Shown piece after piece: positions 27,627 to 37,654 of a stretch of 57,304 nt of DNA. Numbering within the stretch: position 1 is the first letter of the stretch; each line of letters starts with the position of its first letter. Where the stretch lies: NCBI GenBank assembly GCA_002841455.1, contig PGZT01000010.1, positions 1 through 57,304 on the forward strand, written 5' to 3'. The stretch is from Firmicutes bacterium HGW-Firmicutes-21. Its GTDB lineage: Bacteria > Bacillota > Clostridia > Oscillospirales > CAG-382. A program made the translations under genes and the position numbers. The notes beneath the pieces are model-generated. The model was not told the origin of the DNA, searched no databases, and saw nothing but the letters and a program-made list of their open reading frames with translations.

Positions 27627-30472
27627 TTTTCCGGTTTCCTCCCTTCCAAGGCTTTTTTTAAGAATTTACCCGTATATGAATTCTCGTTGCTCGCTATCTG
27701 CTCGGGAGTTCCGCTTGCGATAACGGTTCCGCCGCCGTCGCCGCCCTCGGGACCCATATCTATAACATAATCGGCGGTTTTTATCAGATCCAAATTATGC
27801 TCGATAACAACGACCGTGTTACCGGCATCAACAAGCCTTTGCAAAACCTCTCGGAGCTTGTCGACATCGTATGTGTGCAGTCCGGTTGTCGGCTCGTCAA
27901 GGATATACATTGTCCTGCCCGTGGAGCGTTTTGACAGTTCGGTTGCTAATTTAACCCTCTGCGCTTCACCGCCGGATAGCGTTGTTGAGGACTGACCTAT
28001 TTTTATATATCCCATTCCGACCTCGGAGAGCGTTTTCAGCTTGCGGTGTATGGACGGATAGTTCTCAAAGAACTTTTTCCCCTCGTCAACCGTCATCTCC
28101 AGCACATCATATATATTTTTACCCTTATACTTTACCTCAAGCGTCTCTCTGTTATACCTCTTGCCCTTGCAAACATCGCAGGTAACATAAACATCGGGCA
28201 GGAAGTGCATCTCTATCATAATCGTGCCGTCGCCCTGACAAGCCTCGCAGCGGCCGCCCTTTACATTGAAGGAGAACCTGCCGTCCTTATAACCTCTTGC
28301 CCTTGATTCAAGTGTTGAGGAAAACACGCCTCTTATATCCGCAAAGAGTCCCGTATAGGTTGCGGGGTTTGAGCGGGGTGTTCTTCCTATCGGTGATTGG
28401 TCAATAGCTATAATTTTGTCGATTTCCTCCGCACCGGTTATCTCCTTATATTTACCGGGAGACAGGCTGTTTCTGCCCAACATTTTTCCGAGCGCCTTGA
28501 ATAAAATTGCGTTGATAAGCGAGCTTTTTCCCGAGCCGGAAACACCCGTAACGCTGATAAAGCAGCCGAGCGGAAAAGCTACATCTATATTTTTAAGATT
28601 ATTCTCCTCCGCACCGATTACGGTTATAAATTTACCGTTGCCCTCTCTGCGTTTATTGGGAACGGCGATAAACTTTTTACCCGACAGATATTGACCTGTT
28701 ATGGATTTTTCGCACTCCGTCATCTCCTTTGGAGTCCCCGTGAACACAACCTCGCCGCCGTGAATACCCGCTTCCGGCCCTATATCGACAATAAAATCCG
28801 AGGCAAGCATGGTCTCCTCGTCGTGCTCTACGATAATAAGCGTGTTTCCGATGTCACGCAGTCTTTTAAGCGTGTTTATCAGCTTAAGGTTATCCCTCTG
28901 GTGCAGACCGATACTCGGTTCGTCAAGTATATAAAGTACGCCCACCAAGGACGAGCCGATTTGAGTGGCAAGCCTTATTCGTTGCGCCTCACCGCCCGAC
29001 AGACTGCCCGCTTTCCGCCCGAGTGTAAGGTAATCCAGCCCTACGCTTTGCAAAAAGCCGAGCCGCTCGTTTATCTCTTTCCTTATTTCCTTTGCTATTG
29101 TCTCATCGGTTCTTGACAGCTTCAAACGCTCGAAAAAGTCCTTTAAGTTCGTAATGCTCATACCGCAGAGCTCGCTTATGTTCCTGTTGCCGACCGTAAC
29201 GGCAAGCGACTCTTTTTTCAGCCTCTGCCCGCCGCACTGCTGACAGGCGACATTCTCCATAAATTCCTCGTAGTATTCCCTTGCTTCAAAGGAGGTGTTC
29301 TGCTCGTAACGGCGTTTTATCATGCTTACAATGCCCTCAAATTTGGGCTCGCCAAATACACGCTGTTTATCTCCGTTTCCGTAAAACAGTACATTCAATG
29401 CTTCGGGGGTATAATTCTTAATAGGCTTATGAATGTCAAAACCGTAATATTTTCCTATATTGTTGAGAACCTCGCCGAAATAACTACCCGATTCGATTGA
29501 TTTAAACCCGTTGCATAATATTGCTCCGCCGAACAGCGTCATATTCCTGTCCGGAATCAGCTTATCGGGAGAGACGACGAACTTCTCACCCAAGCCGCCG
29601 CAAGCCTCACAGGCTCCGAACGGACTGTTGAAGGAAAACATTCTCGGTGCAAGCTCACCCAACGAAATACCGTGTGTTTTACAGGCATAATTCTGACTGA
29701 AGGTCATCTCGTTCTCGGAGTTCTCTCCATTATCCTCGGTGCCTGTATTATCATCTGCAAGCAGAATTTTTACAATACCGCCGGATAGGTTAGCCGCCGT
29801 TTCAATGCTGTCGGTCAGCCTTGTATGCAGCGTATCCCTCCGCATAATAAGCCTGTCCACAATTATATCTATATCGTGTTTCTTGTTCTTGTCAAGCTGT
29901 ATGTTTTCGGAAAGCTCGAACATAATACCGTCGATTCTCGCACGGACATAACCGCTCCTTGCCGCATCCTCAAGCACCTTTTCATGCAAACCCTTTTTGG
30001 CGTTTACAACAGGCGCAAGCACCATAAAGCGGGTCCCCTCCTCCAGCGACATAACCCTGTCAACAATCTCATCAATAGACTGCTGCTTGATTACCTCGCC
30101 GCAAACGGGGCAATGCGGTACGCCTATCCTTGCGTAGAGCAGACGCATATAATCGTATATCTCGGTTACCGTACCGACTGTGGAACGGGGATTCTTTGAG
30201 GTGGTTTTCTGGTCTATGGAAATGGACGGCGACAAGCCCTCTATGGAATCGACATCAGGCTTATCGAGCTGACCGAGGAACTGCCTTGCATAGGAGGACA
30301 ACGACTCCACAAAACGGCGGTGTCCCTCCGCATATATGGTGTCAAAAGCCAATGAGGATTTACCCGAGCCGGATAAACCGGTAAAAACTATAAATTTATC
30401 CCTCGGCAGGGTGAGCGAAACATTTTTAAGGTTATGCACTCTTGCACCCTTGACTATAATATCTGTCGCCAT
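27623..30472 (-). CDS. uvrA: excinuclease ABC subunit A
   Basis: 949 aa with two ABC ATPase modules ([12 protein letters not shown] and [10 protein letters not shown]) and zinc-finger cysteines. Confidence 0.97.
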   Translation of the reverse strand: MATDIIVKGARVHNLKNVSLTLPRDKFIVFTGLSGSGKSSLAFDTIYAEGHRRFVESLSSYARQFLGQLDKPDVDSIEGLSPSISIDQKTTSKNPRSTVGTVTEIYDYMRLLYARIGVPHCPVCGEVIKQQSIDEIVDRVMSLEEGTRFMVLAPVVNAKKGLHEKVLEDAARSGYVRARIDGIMFELSENIQLDKNKKHDIDIIVDRLIMRRDTLHTRLTDSIETAANLSGGIVKILLADDNTGTEDNGENSENEMTFSQNYACKTHGISLGELAPRMFSFNSPFGACEACGGLGEKFVVSPDKLIPDRNMTLFGGAILCNGFKSIESGSYFGEVLNNIGKYYGFDIHKPIKNYTPEALNVLFYGNGDKQRVFGEPKFEGIVSMIKRRYEQNTSFEAREYYEEFMENVACQQCGGQRLKKESLAVTVGNRNISELCGMSITNLKDFFERLKLSRTDETIAKEIRKEINERLGFLQSVGLDYLTLGRKAGSLSGGEAQRIRLATQIGSSLVGVLYILDEPSIGLHQRDNLKLINTLKRLRDIGNTLIIVEHDEETMLASDFIVDIGPEAGIHGGEVVFTGTPKEMTECEKSITGQYLSGKKFIAVPNKRREGNGKFITVIGAEENNLKNIDVAFPLGCFISVTGVSGSGKSSLINAILFKALGKMLGRNSLSPGKYKEITGAEEIDKIIAIDQSPIGRTPRSNPATYTGLFADIRGVFSSTLESRARGYKDGRFSFNVKGGRCEACQGDGTIMIEMHFLPDVYVTCDVCKGKRYNRETLEVKYKGKNIYDVLEMTVDEGKKFFENYPSIHRKLKTLSEVGMGYIKIGQSSTTLSGGEAQRVKLATELSKRSTGRTMYILDEPTTGLHTYDVDKLREVLQRLVDAGNTVVVIEHNLDLIKTADYVIDMGPEGGDGGGTVIASGTPEQIASNENSYTGKFLKKALEGRKPEN

Positions 30473-30520
30473 AGCTCTAATCTCCTTTATAATTCATGAG
30501 AGAATTACTTTATTACATAT

Positions 30521-32476
30521 TTACGGCATTATTCGTTTAATCTTGTCCCTTATCGCCGCCGCCGTTTCAAAATCAAGCTCCTTTGCCGCCCTCTTCATAT
30601 CTGCGGTAAGCTTGTCTATCAGCTTACTTCTCGCATCCTTGGATAGCTTGCCCTGCTCGCCCGCCTCCATCTCCGCTTTGCTGGTTATCTCAAGGTTGGC
30701 GCGAATCTCCTTAATAATAGTCCTGGGAACTATTCCGTGCAACCTGTTATGCTCGTCCTGTATTTTACGGCGGCGGTTTGTCTCCTCTATCGCACGCTGC
30801 ATAGAGCCGGTGATTTTATCGGCGTACATAATAACCTTGCCGTGCTCGTTTCTCGCCGCTCTGCCTATGGTCTGTATCAATGCGCTCTGACTTCTCAAAA
30901 AGCCCTCTTTGTCTGCGTCAAGAATCGCTACCAGCGACACCTCCGGCAGGTCAAGCCCCTCTCTTAACAGGTTGATACCCACCAATACATCGAACTCTCC
31001 CGCACGAAGTCCCCTTAAAAGGTCCATTCTGTCTATTGTATCCACATCATAATGCATATATCGGCAGCGAACCCTGTTAAGCTCAAGAAACTCGCTCAAG
31101 TCCTCCGCCATTTTTTTGGTGAGAGTTGTTACCAAAATCCGTTCGTTCCTCTCGGCGTGCTGTCTTATCTCTCCGAGAAGGTCGTCTATCTGCCCCGTTA
31201 TCGGGCGAACCTCCACCTCGGGGTCCAGCAGCCCTGTAGGTCTGATAATCTGCTCGACAATCTGCTGCGACAGCTCTTTTTCGTACTCCGCAGGGGTTGC
31301 GCTAACATATACCGTTTTTCCCCGTTTTGCGTCAAATTCGTGGAATTTAAGCGGTCTGTTATCATATGCCGACGGCAAACGGAAGCCGTAATCGATAAGG
31401 TTCTTCTTCCTCGAATAGTCTCCGCCCGACATTCCCTTGACCTGCGGCACCGTAACATGGCTCTCGTCGATGAAAAGGAGGTAATCGCTCGGGAAATAAT
31501 CCATCAAAGTAAAAGGCACGCTCCCCGGTTCTCTGCCTGCGAGCACTCTCGAGTAGTTCTCGACACCGCTGCAGAAGCCAATCTCCCTAATCTGCTCCAA
31601 ATCGAACAGAACCCGTTCCTTTATTCGCTGTGCCTCTATGAGCTTTCCCCGCTCCTCAAAGTAAATTATCCGTTCGTCAAGCTCCGCAAAAATATTCTCA
31701 AGCGCTTTTTTACGCACTTCCTCGTTGGTTACATAATGGCTTGCGGGATATACGGCGGCGTGCGACAGCCTTGAGACCGCCTCGCCGGTAACAATATTTA
31801 TCTGTGAGATGCGTTCAATCTCGTCGCCGAACAGCTCAACCCTGATTGCCTCGGTGTTTGTGTTTGACGGGAAAATCTCCAGAACATCCCCACGCACACG
31901 GAAGTTGTTTCGCTCAAATCCAAGATCGCTCCGTGTATACTGTAACGAAACCAACCGTTTTATAATGTCCTCCCTCGGGAAGACAAGCCCCGGACGGAGC
32001 GAAATTACCTGTTTTCTGTATTCGTCGGGGTCTCCGAGCGAATATATGCAGGATACCGAGGAAACTATAATAACATCCCTTCGCTCAAAAAGAGAGCTTG
32101 TTGCGGAATGCCTGAGCTTGTCTATCTCCTCGTTAACCGACGAGTCCTTCTCTATATACACATCCTTGCCCGGTACATAAGCCTCGGGCTGATAATAATC
32201 GTAATACGATACAAAATATTCCACCGCATTTTCCGGAAAGAGCGCACGAAACTCCGAGCACAGCTGTGCCGCAAGCGTTTTGTTATGTGCGAGAACCAAT
32301 GTGGGGCGGTTAAGCCGCGCTATTATGTTCGCCATTGTGAAGGTCTTGCCCGAGCCGGTAACTCCGACCAAGGTTTGGTCGGTATAACCCTTTATTATTC
32401 CCTCGGTCAGTCTATCGATCGCCATGGGTTGATCTCCCGTGGGCTTATATTCGCTTTTCAAAACAAAGTTACCCAT
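30521..32476 (-). CDS. uvrB: excinuclease ABC subunit B
   Basis: 651 aa with [16 protein letters not shown] and a C-terminal UVR domain ([15 protein letters not shown]). Confidence 0.97.
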   Translation of the reverse strand: MGNFVLKSEYKPTGDQPMAIDRLTEGIIKGYTDQTLVGVTGSGKTFTMANIIARLNRPTLVLAHNKTLAAQLCSEFRALFPENAVEYFVSYYDYYQPEAYVPGKDVYIEKDSSVNEEIDKLRHSATSSLFERRDVIIVSSVSCIYSLGDPDEYRKQVISLRPGLVFPREDIIKRLVSLQYTRSDLGFERNNFRVRGDVLEIFPSNTNTEAIRVELFGDEIERISQINIVTGEAVSRLSHAAVYPASHYVTNEEVRKKALENIFAELDERIIYFEERGKLIEAQRIKERVLFDLEQIREIGFCSGVENYSRVLAGREPGSVPFTLMDYFPSDYLLFIDESHVTVPQVKGMSGGDYSRKKNLIDYGFRLPSAYDNRPLKFHEFDAKRGKTVYVSATPAEYEKELSQQIVEQIIRPTGLLDPEVEVRPITGQIDDLLGEIRQHAERNERILVTTLTKKMAEDLSEFLELNRVRCRYMHYDVDTIDRMDLLRGLRAGEFDVLVGINLLREGLDLPEVSLVAILDADKEGFLRSQSALIQTIGRAARNEHGKVIMYADKITGSMQRAIEETNRRRKIQDEHNRLHGIVPRTIIKEIRANLEITSKAEMEAGEQGKLSKDARSKLIDKLTADMKRAAKELDFETAAAIRDKIKRIMP

Positions 32477-32507
32477 TCCGCACCCTCTTCCATAAATGTA
32501 TCTTGCT

Positions 32508-32536
32508 ATTATACCATATATTCATAACCAATACAA
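32508..32536 (-). promoter_or_regulatory. sigma-A promoter for uvrBA (extended -10)
   Basis: On the minus strand: TTGTAT (32536-32531), 17 nt, then TGgTATAAT (-10 at 32513-32508). Confidence 0.55.
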
Positions 32537-32558
32537 TAAAAATTTTCAGTATTTAGTA

Positions 32559-32587
32559 TTGAGTTTTTATTAAATGTAATGTATAAT
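32559..32587 (+). promoter_or_regulatory. sigma-A promoter for the 32656 lipoprotein gene
   Basis: TTGAGT (32559-32564), 17 nt, then TATAAT (32582-32587). Confidence 0.5.
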
Positions 32588-32655
32588 AAGGCAGTGCATA
32601 AATGTTTAAAATGCGACAAATCAGAGATTAATCAGAAAAAGGAATGGTCATATAA

Positions 32656-33210
32656 ATGACGATTATAAAAAGAATATCAATAATACTCCTTGCCGTTACC
32701 CTATTATTTCTATCCGCTTGCAGCGGCAAGAGCAACGACGAGGAATCAATGCCCGAGGGCACAAAAAAAGCCGCAAACGAAGCGGTGGATTATTATTTTT
32801 ATTATCCGTCGAACTGGGTGCTTGACCGTAACGACGGCATGATTAGTATCCGTTACAACACCTCATTAAGCAGCAAGTTTGAGACATACGCAAGCGTTTC
32901 GGTTATTTCCTTTACTCTGAGCAACCCTAACCAGCGGGTCAACGAGTATTGGGAGGAGAATGTTGACGATATTAAGCAGACCTTCGGGGTTGAAGATATT
33001 TATGCGGAAAAAGAAACAACGCTCAGCGGTGTCGTTGCCGCAAGGAAGGAATACAAGGGCAGTCTCGGCGATACCGCCGTTAATTTCGCACAGATTATCT
33101 GTATTCGCAAGGGTGTTGTTTACCTCGTTACCTTTACCGCCTCGGAGGCGGATTATAACGCCACTGTGGGCGCTTTCGAAACTGTGATCGGTAATTTCCA
33201 TTTTGAGTAG
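32656..33210 (+). CDS. hypothetical lipoprotein
   Basis: 184 aa with lipobox LSAC. No confident family assignment. Confidence 0.55.
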   Translation: MTIIKRISIILLAVTLLFLSACSGKSNDEESMPEGTKKAANEAVDYYFYYPSNWVLDRNDGMISIRYNTSLSSKFETYASVSVISFTLSNPNQRVNEYWEENVDDIKQTFGVEDIYAEKETTLSGVVAARKEYKGSLGDTAVNFAQIICIRKGVVYLVTFTASEADYNATVGAFETVIGNFHFE

Positions 33211-33253
33211 ATTAAAGTTACCGGAATTTTTTCAAGAAATGCTTTTAAAGGTA

Positions 33254-33282
33254 TTGACAAGAATAATAAGCTATGATATAAT
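33254..33282 (+). promoter_or_regulatory. consensus sigma-A promoter for tRNA-Val
   Basis: TTGACA (33254-33259), 17 nt, then TATAAT (33277-33282). Confidence 0.75.
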
Positions 33283-33319
33283 TCACTTCGTTGCCGATAA
33301 CCAGCATGGCAATGTAATC

Positions 33320-33395
33320 GGGGGTTTAGCTCAGCTGGGAGAGCATCTGCCTTACAAGCAGAGGGTCGGGGGTTCGAGCCCCTCAGTCCCCACCA
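33320..33395 (+). tRNA. tRNA-Val (anticodon UAC)
   Basis: A hand-folded 76-nt cloverleaf. The acceptor is GGGGGTT/AGTCCCC, the D arm is GCTC-AGCTGGGA-GAGC, and the anticodon arm is TCTGC-CTTACAA-GCAGA. The T arm is GGGGG-TTCGAGC-CCCTC and the CCA end is encoded. Confidence 0.93.
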
Positions 33396-33399
33396 AAAT

Positions 33400-33429
33400 A
33401 AGCACACCGATTCGGTGTGCTTATTTTTT
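33400..33429 (+). terminator. intrinsic terminator after tRNA-Val
   Basis: An AGCACACC-GATTC-GGTGTGCT hairpin followed by TATTTTTT. Confidence 0.85.
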
Positions 33430-33508
33430 ATGTTATATAATTCTATTCCGAACAATAACCGCCTCACAACATATAATGGTATAAATTATATTTTTGAGGT
33501 GTAACTAA

Positions 33509-34141
33509 ATGAACAATAATCGATGTCCCTACGATACACAAATGCAGCCTAATTCCTATGTCAGACTGTTTCATGCTTCCCCGGATGCTCCCGGTGTTGA
33601 TGTTTATGTAAACAACAGATTAAGTGCCAGAAACTTAGTCTACAAACAAATGACGGATTACTTAACCGTTCCCACGGGGACCTACAATGTTAAGGTATAC
33701 CCCACAGGACAAAGGATAAATGCGGTAATAAACACCGATTTACTTGTGCCTCCCAATTCAGCATTGACTGTTGCGGCTACAGGTAAATTGTCCGAGATTA
33801 CTCCAATGGTTATCGAGGAGGAATATATGCCGCAAATCAACGGAAACAAGGCATATGTAAGGTTTGTGCATCTCTCCCCCAATGCACCTGCGGTGGATAT
33901 TACCCTCCCCGACGGAACCATGCTCTTTGAGAATGTTTCATATGGGGATTATACCGATTATCTTGAGGTTGCCCCGGGCACTTATACGCTCCAGGTTAAG
34001 CCTGCCGGAGTGGATCAGGTGGTTCTGTCGGTTCCGAATGTACAGTTGTCGGCGGGAACGGTTTATTCGGTATATGCTGTAGGTCTTGTCGGTGATGAGC
34101 CGCCGTTGGAAGCGGTCATTGTTGTTGACAGTATGTATTAA
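33509..34141 (+). CDS. DUF4397 domain protein (two internal repeats)
   Basis: It contains two repeats: VRLFHASPDAPGVDVYVNN..TGTYNVKVYPTG and VRFVHLSPNAPAVDITLPDG..PGTYTLQVKPAG. No obvious signal peptide. Confidence 0.7.
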   Translation: MNNNRCPYDTQMQPNSYVRLFHASPDAPGVDVYVNNRLSARNLVYKQMTDYLTVPTGTYNVKVYPTGQRINAVINTDLLVPPNSALTVAATGKLSEITPMVIEEEYMPQINGNKAYVRFVHLSPNAPAVDITLPDGTMLFENVSYGDYTDYLEVAPGTYTLQVKPAGVDQVVLSVPNVQLSAGTVYSVYAVGLVGDEPPLEAVIVVDSMY

Positions 34142-34159
34142 TCGGATTTTATTCGTCTT

Positions 34160-34819
34160 CTAAATAAACCTGAACCAATTCTTTTTGTATTCCAAAACAC
34201 CCTCTCTGCGGAGCTTTGACAGCTCGGCGGACATTGCACTGCGTTCCACACACAGGTAATCCGCTAACTCCTGACGGTCAAAGGGGATGCGAAACTCGTT
34301 CCTCTCAGCCTGCTGTGCCTGTGTGGATAAATACGAGAGCAGCTTCTCTCTTGTCGTGCGTTCCGAGATATGCTCGATTTTTCGGTTCAGTACCAGATTT
34401 TTGCGGGCGAGCACAAACAGCATATTTTCAATCAGCTTGGTGTGGAATACACAGGAGGATGCGCAGCTCGTTATTATCGACATATAATCAATAAACATAA
34501 CCTCACTCTCTGTTACCGAAATTACGGTTACAGGGAGTTTTTCCAGTCGTACAAAAGTAAATGTCTCGGCAAAGAGTCCCCCCTCCCCGATCTCCGTCAG
34601 GATACTGCGGTTACCAAAGAAATCCTCCTTGATAATCTGCACCCTGCCCGACATTACAACGCCTATCATACCGACCCTGTCGCCTGCCGCAAATATAGTG
34701 CTTCCCTTAGGGTATTGCTTGACAACCGACTTCAGACAGCCAAGGAGTGACTCTATATCCTTCTCGCTGATTCCGGCAAACAACGGAGAGCTTTTTATTT
34801 TATCGATAATTATTTTCAT
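34160..34819 (-). CDS. Crp/Fnr-family transcriptional regulator (HcpR-like by context)
   Basis: 219 aa with an N-terminal cNMP-binding-like barrel and a C-terminal HTH (RQELADYLCVERSAMSAELSKLRREG). It is divergent from the hcp operon. Confidence 0.85.
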   Translation of the reverse strand: MKIIIDKIKSSPLFAGISEKDIESLLGCLKSVVKQYPKGSTIFAAGDRVGMIGVVMSGRVQIIKEDFFGNRSILTEIGEGGLFAETFTFVRLEKLPVTVISVTESEVMFIDYMSIITSCASSCVFHTKLIENMLFVLARKNLVLNRKIEHISERTTREKLLSYLSTQAQQAERNEFRIPFDRQELADYLCVERSAMSAELSKLRREGVLEYKKNWFRFI

Positions 34820-34837
34820 AAAAAATATCCTTTTTTT

Positions 34838-34853
34838 TGTTGTAAAAACAACA
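34838..34853. promoter_or_regulatory. candidate Crp/Fnr (HcpR) operator
   Basis: A perfect 6-4-6 palindrome, TGTTGT-AAAA-ACAACA, in the divergent spacer. Its centre lies about 30 nt upstream of a TAAAAT hexamer (34875-34880). Confidence 0.55.
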
Positions 34854-34910
34854 TACTTAATGAATACAGTATATTAAAATAGGAGCATAAAGTCAAGGGG
34901 GTATTAAAAA

Positions 34911-35633
34911 ATGATAAGAAAGATAATTAAAATCAACGAGAGCAAGTGCAACGGCTGCGGACTATGTGCCGACGCCTGCCACGAAGGCGCAATCGCTATG
35001 ATTGACGGAAAAGCTAAGCTAATCAGGGATGATTACTGCGACGGATTGGGTAATTGTCTGCCTGTCTGCCCTACGGGAGCTATCAGCTTTGAGGAACGGG
35101 AGGCTCTCGCTTATAACGAGGAGGAGGTTCAAAAAAATATGGAAAACAAGAACACAACCGAACCACTCAAAGCACCCGCCGCTTTTTCCTGCCCGGGAGT
35201 AAAAACTCATATGATAAAGCGTATTACGCCCGCCGCTCCTACAGAAAACACCTCCAAGAGCAACGCAAGTATGCTGCGGCAATGGCCTGTGCAGATAAAA
35301 CTCGTACCCGTTAACGCACCTTATTTTGAGAATGCGAATCTCCTCATCGCCGCCGACTGCGCCGCATATGCTTATGCGGATTTCCATAACCGTTTTATAA
35401 GCAACCGCATAACCCTTATCGGTTGCCCGAAGCTCGACAGCGGAGATTACTCCGATAAGCTGACCGAGATACTCGCTCACAACAATATAAAGAGCGTTAC
35501 CATTGTCAGAATGGAGGTTCCCTGCTGTGGCGGTATCGAAGCCGCCGCAAAAACGGCACTTCAAAATTGCGGTAAGCTTATTCCGTGGTCGGTCTTTACC
35601 GTTTCCATAAACGGAGAAATTATAGATCAATAA
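34911..35633 (+). CDS. 4Fe-4S dicluster-domain protein with an uncharacterised Cys-containing C-terminal domain
   Basis: It has CNGCGLCADACHEG and CDGLGNCLPVCPTG ferredoxin motifs. A further segment of about 130 aa contains ..EVPCCGG... It lies immediately upstream of hcp. Confidence 0.8.
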   Translation: MIRKIIKINESKCNGCGLCADACHEGAIAMIDGKAKLIRDDYCDGLGNCLPVCPTGAISFEEREALAYNEEEVQKNMENKNTTEPLKAPAAFSCPGVKTHMIKRITPAAPTENTSKSNASMLRQWPVQIKLVPVNAPYFENANLLIAADCAAYAYADFHNRFISNRITLIGCPKLDSGDYSDKLTEILAHNNIKSVTIVRMEVPCCGGIEAAAKTALQNCGKLIPWSVFTVSINGEIIDQ

Positions 35634-35659
35634 ATTTATGTACTGAAAGGATTTTTACA

Positions 35660-37225
35660 ATGGAGAAAATGTTTTGTTTTCAATGCGAGCAAACCGCAGG
35701 CTGTAAGGCTTGTACGGGGAATGCGGGTGTCTGCGGAAAGCCCGCCGACACCGCAGGGCTTCAGGATATTCTAACAGGAGCGTTAATCGGTATAGCTCGT
35801 GCGGCACAAGAGAACACACCCGCAGACGACGCAACAAGGGCGATTATTGAGGGACTTTTTGTCACCGTAACCAATGTCAGCTTCGATAACGAGGCTATTA
35901 GGGGTTATATCGATTCCGCAAGAATACAAAAGGAACAGCTTGATAAGGGCGCATCTGATTACGATTTAAAAGAACTCTGGAGAGAGAACGAGGATATCCG
36001 TTCATTAAAATCATTGATTTTGTTCGGTTTAAGAGGAATGGGAGCATACGCATATCATGCGCTTGTTCTCGGATATACCGACGACGAGGTTAATTCCTTC
36101 TTCTACAAGGCTCTGTATGCCATTGGAGAGAACACACCTGCCGATAAACTGCTTGAGCTGGTAATGGAAACAGGCAGAATAAACCTTAAATGTATGGAGA
36201 TGCTGGACAAGGCGAATACCGAATCGTACGGTCATCCCGTACCCACGGTTGTTCCTCTGACCATTGAAAAAGGACCGTTCATTGTCATAAGCGGCCATGA
36301 TTTATTGGATTTGCAGCTCCTGCTCGAGCAGACAAAGGACAGCGGAATTAATATATACACACACGGTGAGATGCTGCCGGCTCACGCTTATCCCAAGTTG
36401 AAATCATATCCGCACCTAAAGGGCAACTTCGGGACCGCTTGGCAAAATCAACAGAAGGAGTTTGCCGACATACCCGCCCCCGTTCTCTTTACCACAAACT
36501 GCTTAATGCCAGTTAAGGAGAGCTATCGGGACAGGATTTTTACAACCGAGACGGTCGGTTACCCAGAAATGGTTCATATCGGAGACAATAAGGATTTTTC
36601 TGCGGTAATGGCAAAAGCAAAGCAGCTCGGCGGTTATGCCGAGGACAGGGTTATGACAGGAATAAACGGCGGAACGCAGGTTACCACCGGATTCGGACAT
36701 AATACGGTTCTTGGCGTTGCCGATACCGTAATAGATGCCGTCAACACCGGTTCCATAAAGCATTTCTTCCTTGTGGGAGGCTGCGACGGTGCAAAGCCGG
36801 GACGAAATTATTACACCGATTTCGTAAAACAATCCCCCGAGGACAGCGTTATTTTAACCTTAGCCTGCGGAAAATACCGTTTTAATGATTTGGATCTGGG
36901 TACAATAAACGGGCTGCCCCGCATAATGGATATGGGGCAGTGCAACGATTCATTTAGCGCAATAAAGGTCGCCATCGCACTTGCGGATGCATTCGGCTGC
37001 GGCGTGAACGAATTACCCCTTACGCTTGTGCTCTCATGGTACGAGCAAAAAGCGGTTTGCATATTGCTCTCTCTGCTCTATCTCGGCTTAAAGAATATCT
37101 ATATCGGTCCCACCTTACCCGCCTTTGTGTCAAAAAATGTTTTAGATGTACTTGTGGAAAAGTTTGCGCTTACGCCTATTTCTACACCCGAACAGGATTT
37201 AGCAAAAATATTAAACATACAATAA
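35660..37225 (+). CDS. hcp: hybrid-cluster protein / hydroxylamine reductase
   Basis: The MEKMFCFQCEQTAGCKACTGNAGVCGK N-terminal Cys motif matches, and the length and remaining sequence are typical of Hcp. ATG 35660 (SD AAAGGA) is chosen over the longer track ORF. Confidence 0.92.
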   Translation: MEKMFCFQCEQTAGCKACTGNAGVCGKPADTAGLQDILTGALIGIARAAQENTPADDATRAIIEGLFVTVTNVSFDNEAIRGYIDSARIQKEQLDKGASDYDLKELWRENEDIRSLKSLILFGLRGMGAYAYHALVLGYTDDEVNSFFYKALYAIGENTPADKLLELVMETGRINLKCMEMLDKANTESYGHPVPTVVPLTIEKGPFIVISGHDLLDLQLLLEQTKDSGINIYTHGEMLPAHAYPKLKSYPHLKGNFGTAWQNQQKEFADIPAPVLFTTNCLMPVKESYRDRIFTTETVGYPEMVHIGDNKDFSAVMAKAKQLGGYAEDRVMTGINGGTQVTTGFGHNTVLGVADTVIDAVNTGSIKHFFLVGGCDGAKPGRNYYTDFVKQSPEDSVILTLACGKYRFNDLDLGTINGLPRIMDMGQCNDSFSAIKVAIALADAFGCGVNELPLTLVLSWYEQKAVCILLSLLYLGLKNIYIGPTLPAFVSKNVLDVLVEKFALTPISTPEQDLAKILNIQ

Positions 37226-37243
37226 GTGAAAGGGGTTTTGATT

Positions 37244-37582
37244 ATGAATAATATACTCAAAAATATCGATTTTTCAAAGGTTCTGGATTTTAGCGAGCTT
37301 GTCGCATACCAGAGCGGTCAGATAGTCAGCCGCACGCTGGTACAGAACAAAGCGGTAAGCATCACACTCTTTGCTTTTGACAAGGACGAGGAGATTAGCT
37401 CCCACGAGTCAAGCGGGGACGCTATGGTTTATGTGCTCGAGGGTGTTGGAGAAATAACCATCGGCGGCGAGGTTTTTTACCCCGAAAAGGACAAGGTAAT
37501 TGTAATGCCCGCAGGTGTTCCCCATGCCGTCAGGGCAAAGGAGCCTTTTAAAATGCTGCTTGTGGTTGTTTTTCCGCAGTAG
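37244..37582 (+). CDS. cupin-domain protein
   Basis: About 112 aa with SSHESSGDAMVYVLEG..MPAGVPHAV cupin motifs. ATG 37244 lies 8 nt after AAAGGGG. Confidence 0.75.
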   Translation: MNNILKNIDFSKVLDFSELVAYQSGQIVSRTLVQNKAVSITLFAFDKDEEISSHESSGDAMVYVLEGVGEITIGGEVFYPEKDKVIVMPAGVPHAVRAKEPFKMLLVVVFPQ

Positions 37583-37603
37583 ATATTTACGGTATCAGAA
37601 GAA

Positions 37604-37645
37604 GAACCGATGCGCTTGTCATTATGACCGCATCGGCTCTTTTAT
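37604..37645 (+). terminator. intrinsic terminator after the hcp operon
   Basis: GAACCGATGCG..CGCATCGGCTC stem (one mismatch) followed by TTTTATGCCTTTTTT. Confidence 0.55.
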
Positions 37646-37654
37646 GCCTTTTTT

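Noticed and set aside
32477-32655. A LexA (Cheo-type CGAAC-N4-GTTCG) box upstream of uvrB, and likewise upstream of uvrA at 30473-30520.
   Set aside because: No GAAC or GTTC tetramer occurs anywhere in either spacer. SOS control cannot be supported from this sequence.
33211-33508. tRNA-Val as a possible integration site for a mobile element.
   Set aside because: There is no integrase, no duplicated tRNA 3' end and no direct repeats downstream. The flanking genes are small conserved-type genes, and the tRNA has its own promoter and terminator.
34321-34329. A DnaA-box-like nonamer, TGTGGATAA.
   Set aside because: It is a single occurrence inside the Crp/Fnr-family coding sequence. There is no cluster, no AT-rich unwinding element and no dnaA/dnaN nearby.
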